Of a DNA stretch of 64,000 nucleotides, positions 62,895 through 64,000 are shown piece after piece. The stretch is from Octopus sinensis (lineage: Eukaryota), in the NCBI RefSeq assembly GCF_006345805.1, contig NC_043003.1:5394001-5458000 (forward strand). Reading direction: 5' to 3'. The notes beneath the pieces are model-generated. The model was not told where the DNA came from and did no database searches. It saw only the letters and a list, made by a program, of their open reading frames with translations. Numbering within the stretch: position 1 is the first letter of the stretch; each line of letters starts with the position of its first letter. A program made the position numbers and the translations under genes.

Positions 62895-63090
62895 ATTTCA
62901 AATTTTGGCACAAGGGCCAGCAATTGGGGACATAGGTTAGTCGATTATATTGTTCCCAATATTCAACAGGTATTTATTTTATCAATCCCGAAAGTCGACC
63001 TCGACGGAATCTGAACTTAGAACGTGAAGACGGACGAAATACTGCTAAGTATTTTGCCCAGCGTGCTAACGATTCTGGCAGCTCGTTGTC
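62895..63090 (-). mobile_element. Degenerate family A-related SINE variant with (ATC)/(ATT)n tail
   Basis: TTCAAATTTTGGCACAAGGGCCAGC...AAAGTCGACCTCGACGGAATCTGAACT...GACGAAATACTGCTAAG. Confidence 0.75.
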
Positions 63091-63112
63091 TTAATAATAA
63101 TAATAACAGTAC

Positions 63113-63181
<69 letters not shown>

Positions 63182-63212
63182 TAAAAATAATAATAATAAT
63201 AATAATAATAAT
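63090..63212. repeat. (TAA)n array
   Basis: Direct inspection. Confidence 0.95.
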
Positions 63213-63949
63213 CAACTGGCCTTTGAAGCCTGAGCTGCGATGTCATTTAGAGTACGAACTTCACAATGGTGGAATGTAGCTATGATCGTTGCCAATGACA
63301 CTGAACATTTTCATAGCGCAACTGTCAGAGGCAAACAGTTTGTATCATGTGATCATGGCTGACATTTTGAAGAATGTCTTTATTGGCCCGTTTGTCTATT
63401 CACTGCACGTTTTGCCGCGGCTTTCTACATCTTCAGCTGGTAATGAAGATGTCAATATTCTCCTCTATTATCTAATTTATTGCACAATTTCAGTTCCATA
63501 CAGCAGTAGCAATCACAGAAACGGTACAGCAAATAGTTGCAACTTGAGGTCAAAAGTTTCCTCTTTTCATATTCACAGTTGTTATTGCTATTGTAGTTAA
63601 AATCTGAAGCAGCTTTGGTCAATCATACCTATAATATAAAGTATTCTGGCCATGACCGTCCCTACGAATTTAGTTATTTTATATCCCCGTCTGCGTTATC
63701 CTATGTGCTCTTATATATTTCTATTTTGTGACAGCAGGGTGTAATTTATAAATTTAGCGACAGTTTCTAGTAGGTCTAGTGACCCCATAAATGTCCCTTC
63801 TCTGGGTCAGAGCTTTCTTTCTAGATTCCCCATATTATAAAAGCTGCTCCGTCGATGGGAAAATCAGCTCCAAATGTTACTTTCCTAATCTTATATTTTG
63901 GAAATTCCGTGAATACTTGCAGTTATTATAAGTTACAGTTAGCAGCAGC

Positions 63950-64000
63950 AGTCGAGGCGCAATGGCCCAATGTTTAGGGCAGCGGACTTGCGGTTGTAGG
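63950..64000 (+). mobile_element. Probable start of a tRNA-headed SINE, cut by the window end
   Basis: GGCGCAATGGCCCAATGTTTAGGGCAGCGG, A-box-like. Confidence 0.5.

Noticed and set aside
63400-63445. Minus-strand CTGAAGA-TGTA-GAAAGCCGCGGC
   Set aside because: No U16.1 and no stem I; better explained by a small local inverted repeat (ACATCTTCA/TGAAGATGT).

Overview
AT-rich, repeat-saturated eukaryotic DNA with no recognisable host protein-coding exon, rRNA, intact tRNA gene or CRISPR array. The SINE families, LINE remnants and extreme (TA)n/(TACA)n/(GATA)n/(TAA)n load match what I recognise from octopus genomes; this assignment is pattern recognition, not a search result. Most long ORFs in the supplied track are microsatellite artefacts. 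The window contains: (1) three tRNA-headed SINE families, one of which forms head-truncated tandem multimers with a stereotyped junction; (2) decayed non-LTR retrotransposon pieces (R4/Dong, CR1-like, RTE, HERO-like); (3) a mariner remnant and two related fold-back DNA elements with 8-bp TSDs and internal TTAGGG repeats; (4) the most striking signal, about a dozen type I minimal hammerhead-ribozyme motifs. These sit in short Penelope-like terminal fragments that usually end on (TA)n tracts and often occur as head-to-head inverted pairs. Several hammerheads (21799-21838, 32232-32319, 55403-55440, 56409-56477) keep the whole catalytic core. A GABPA/NRF1/CCAAT motif cluster near 3.6 kb may be an orphan promoter. 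Coordinates were read by eye; boundaries of degenerate repeats are approximate.
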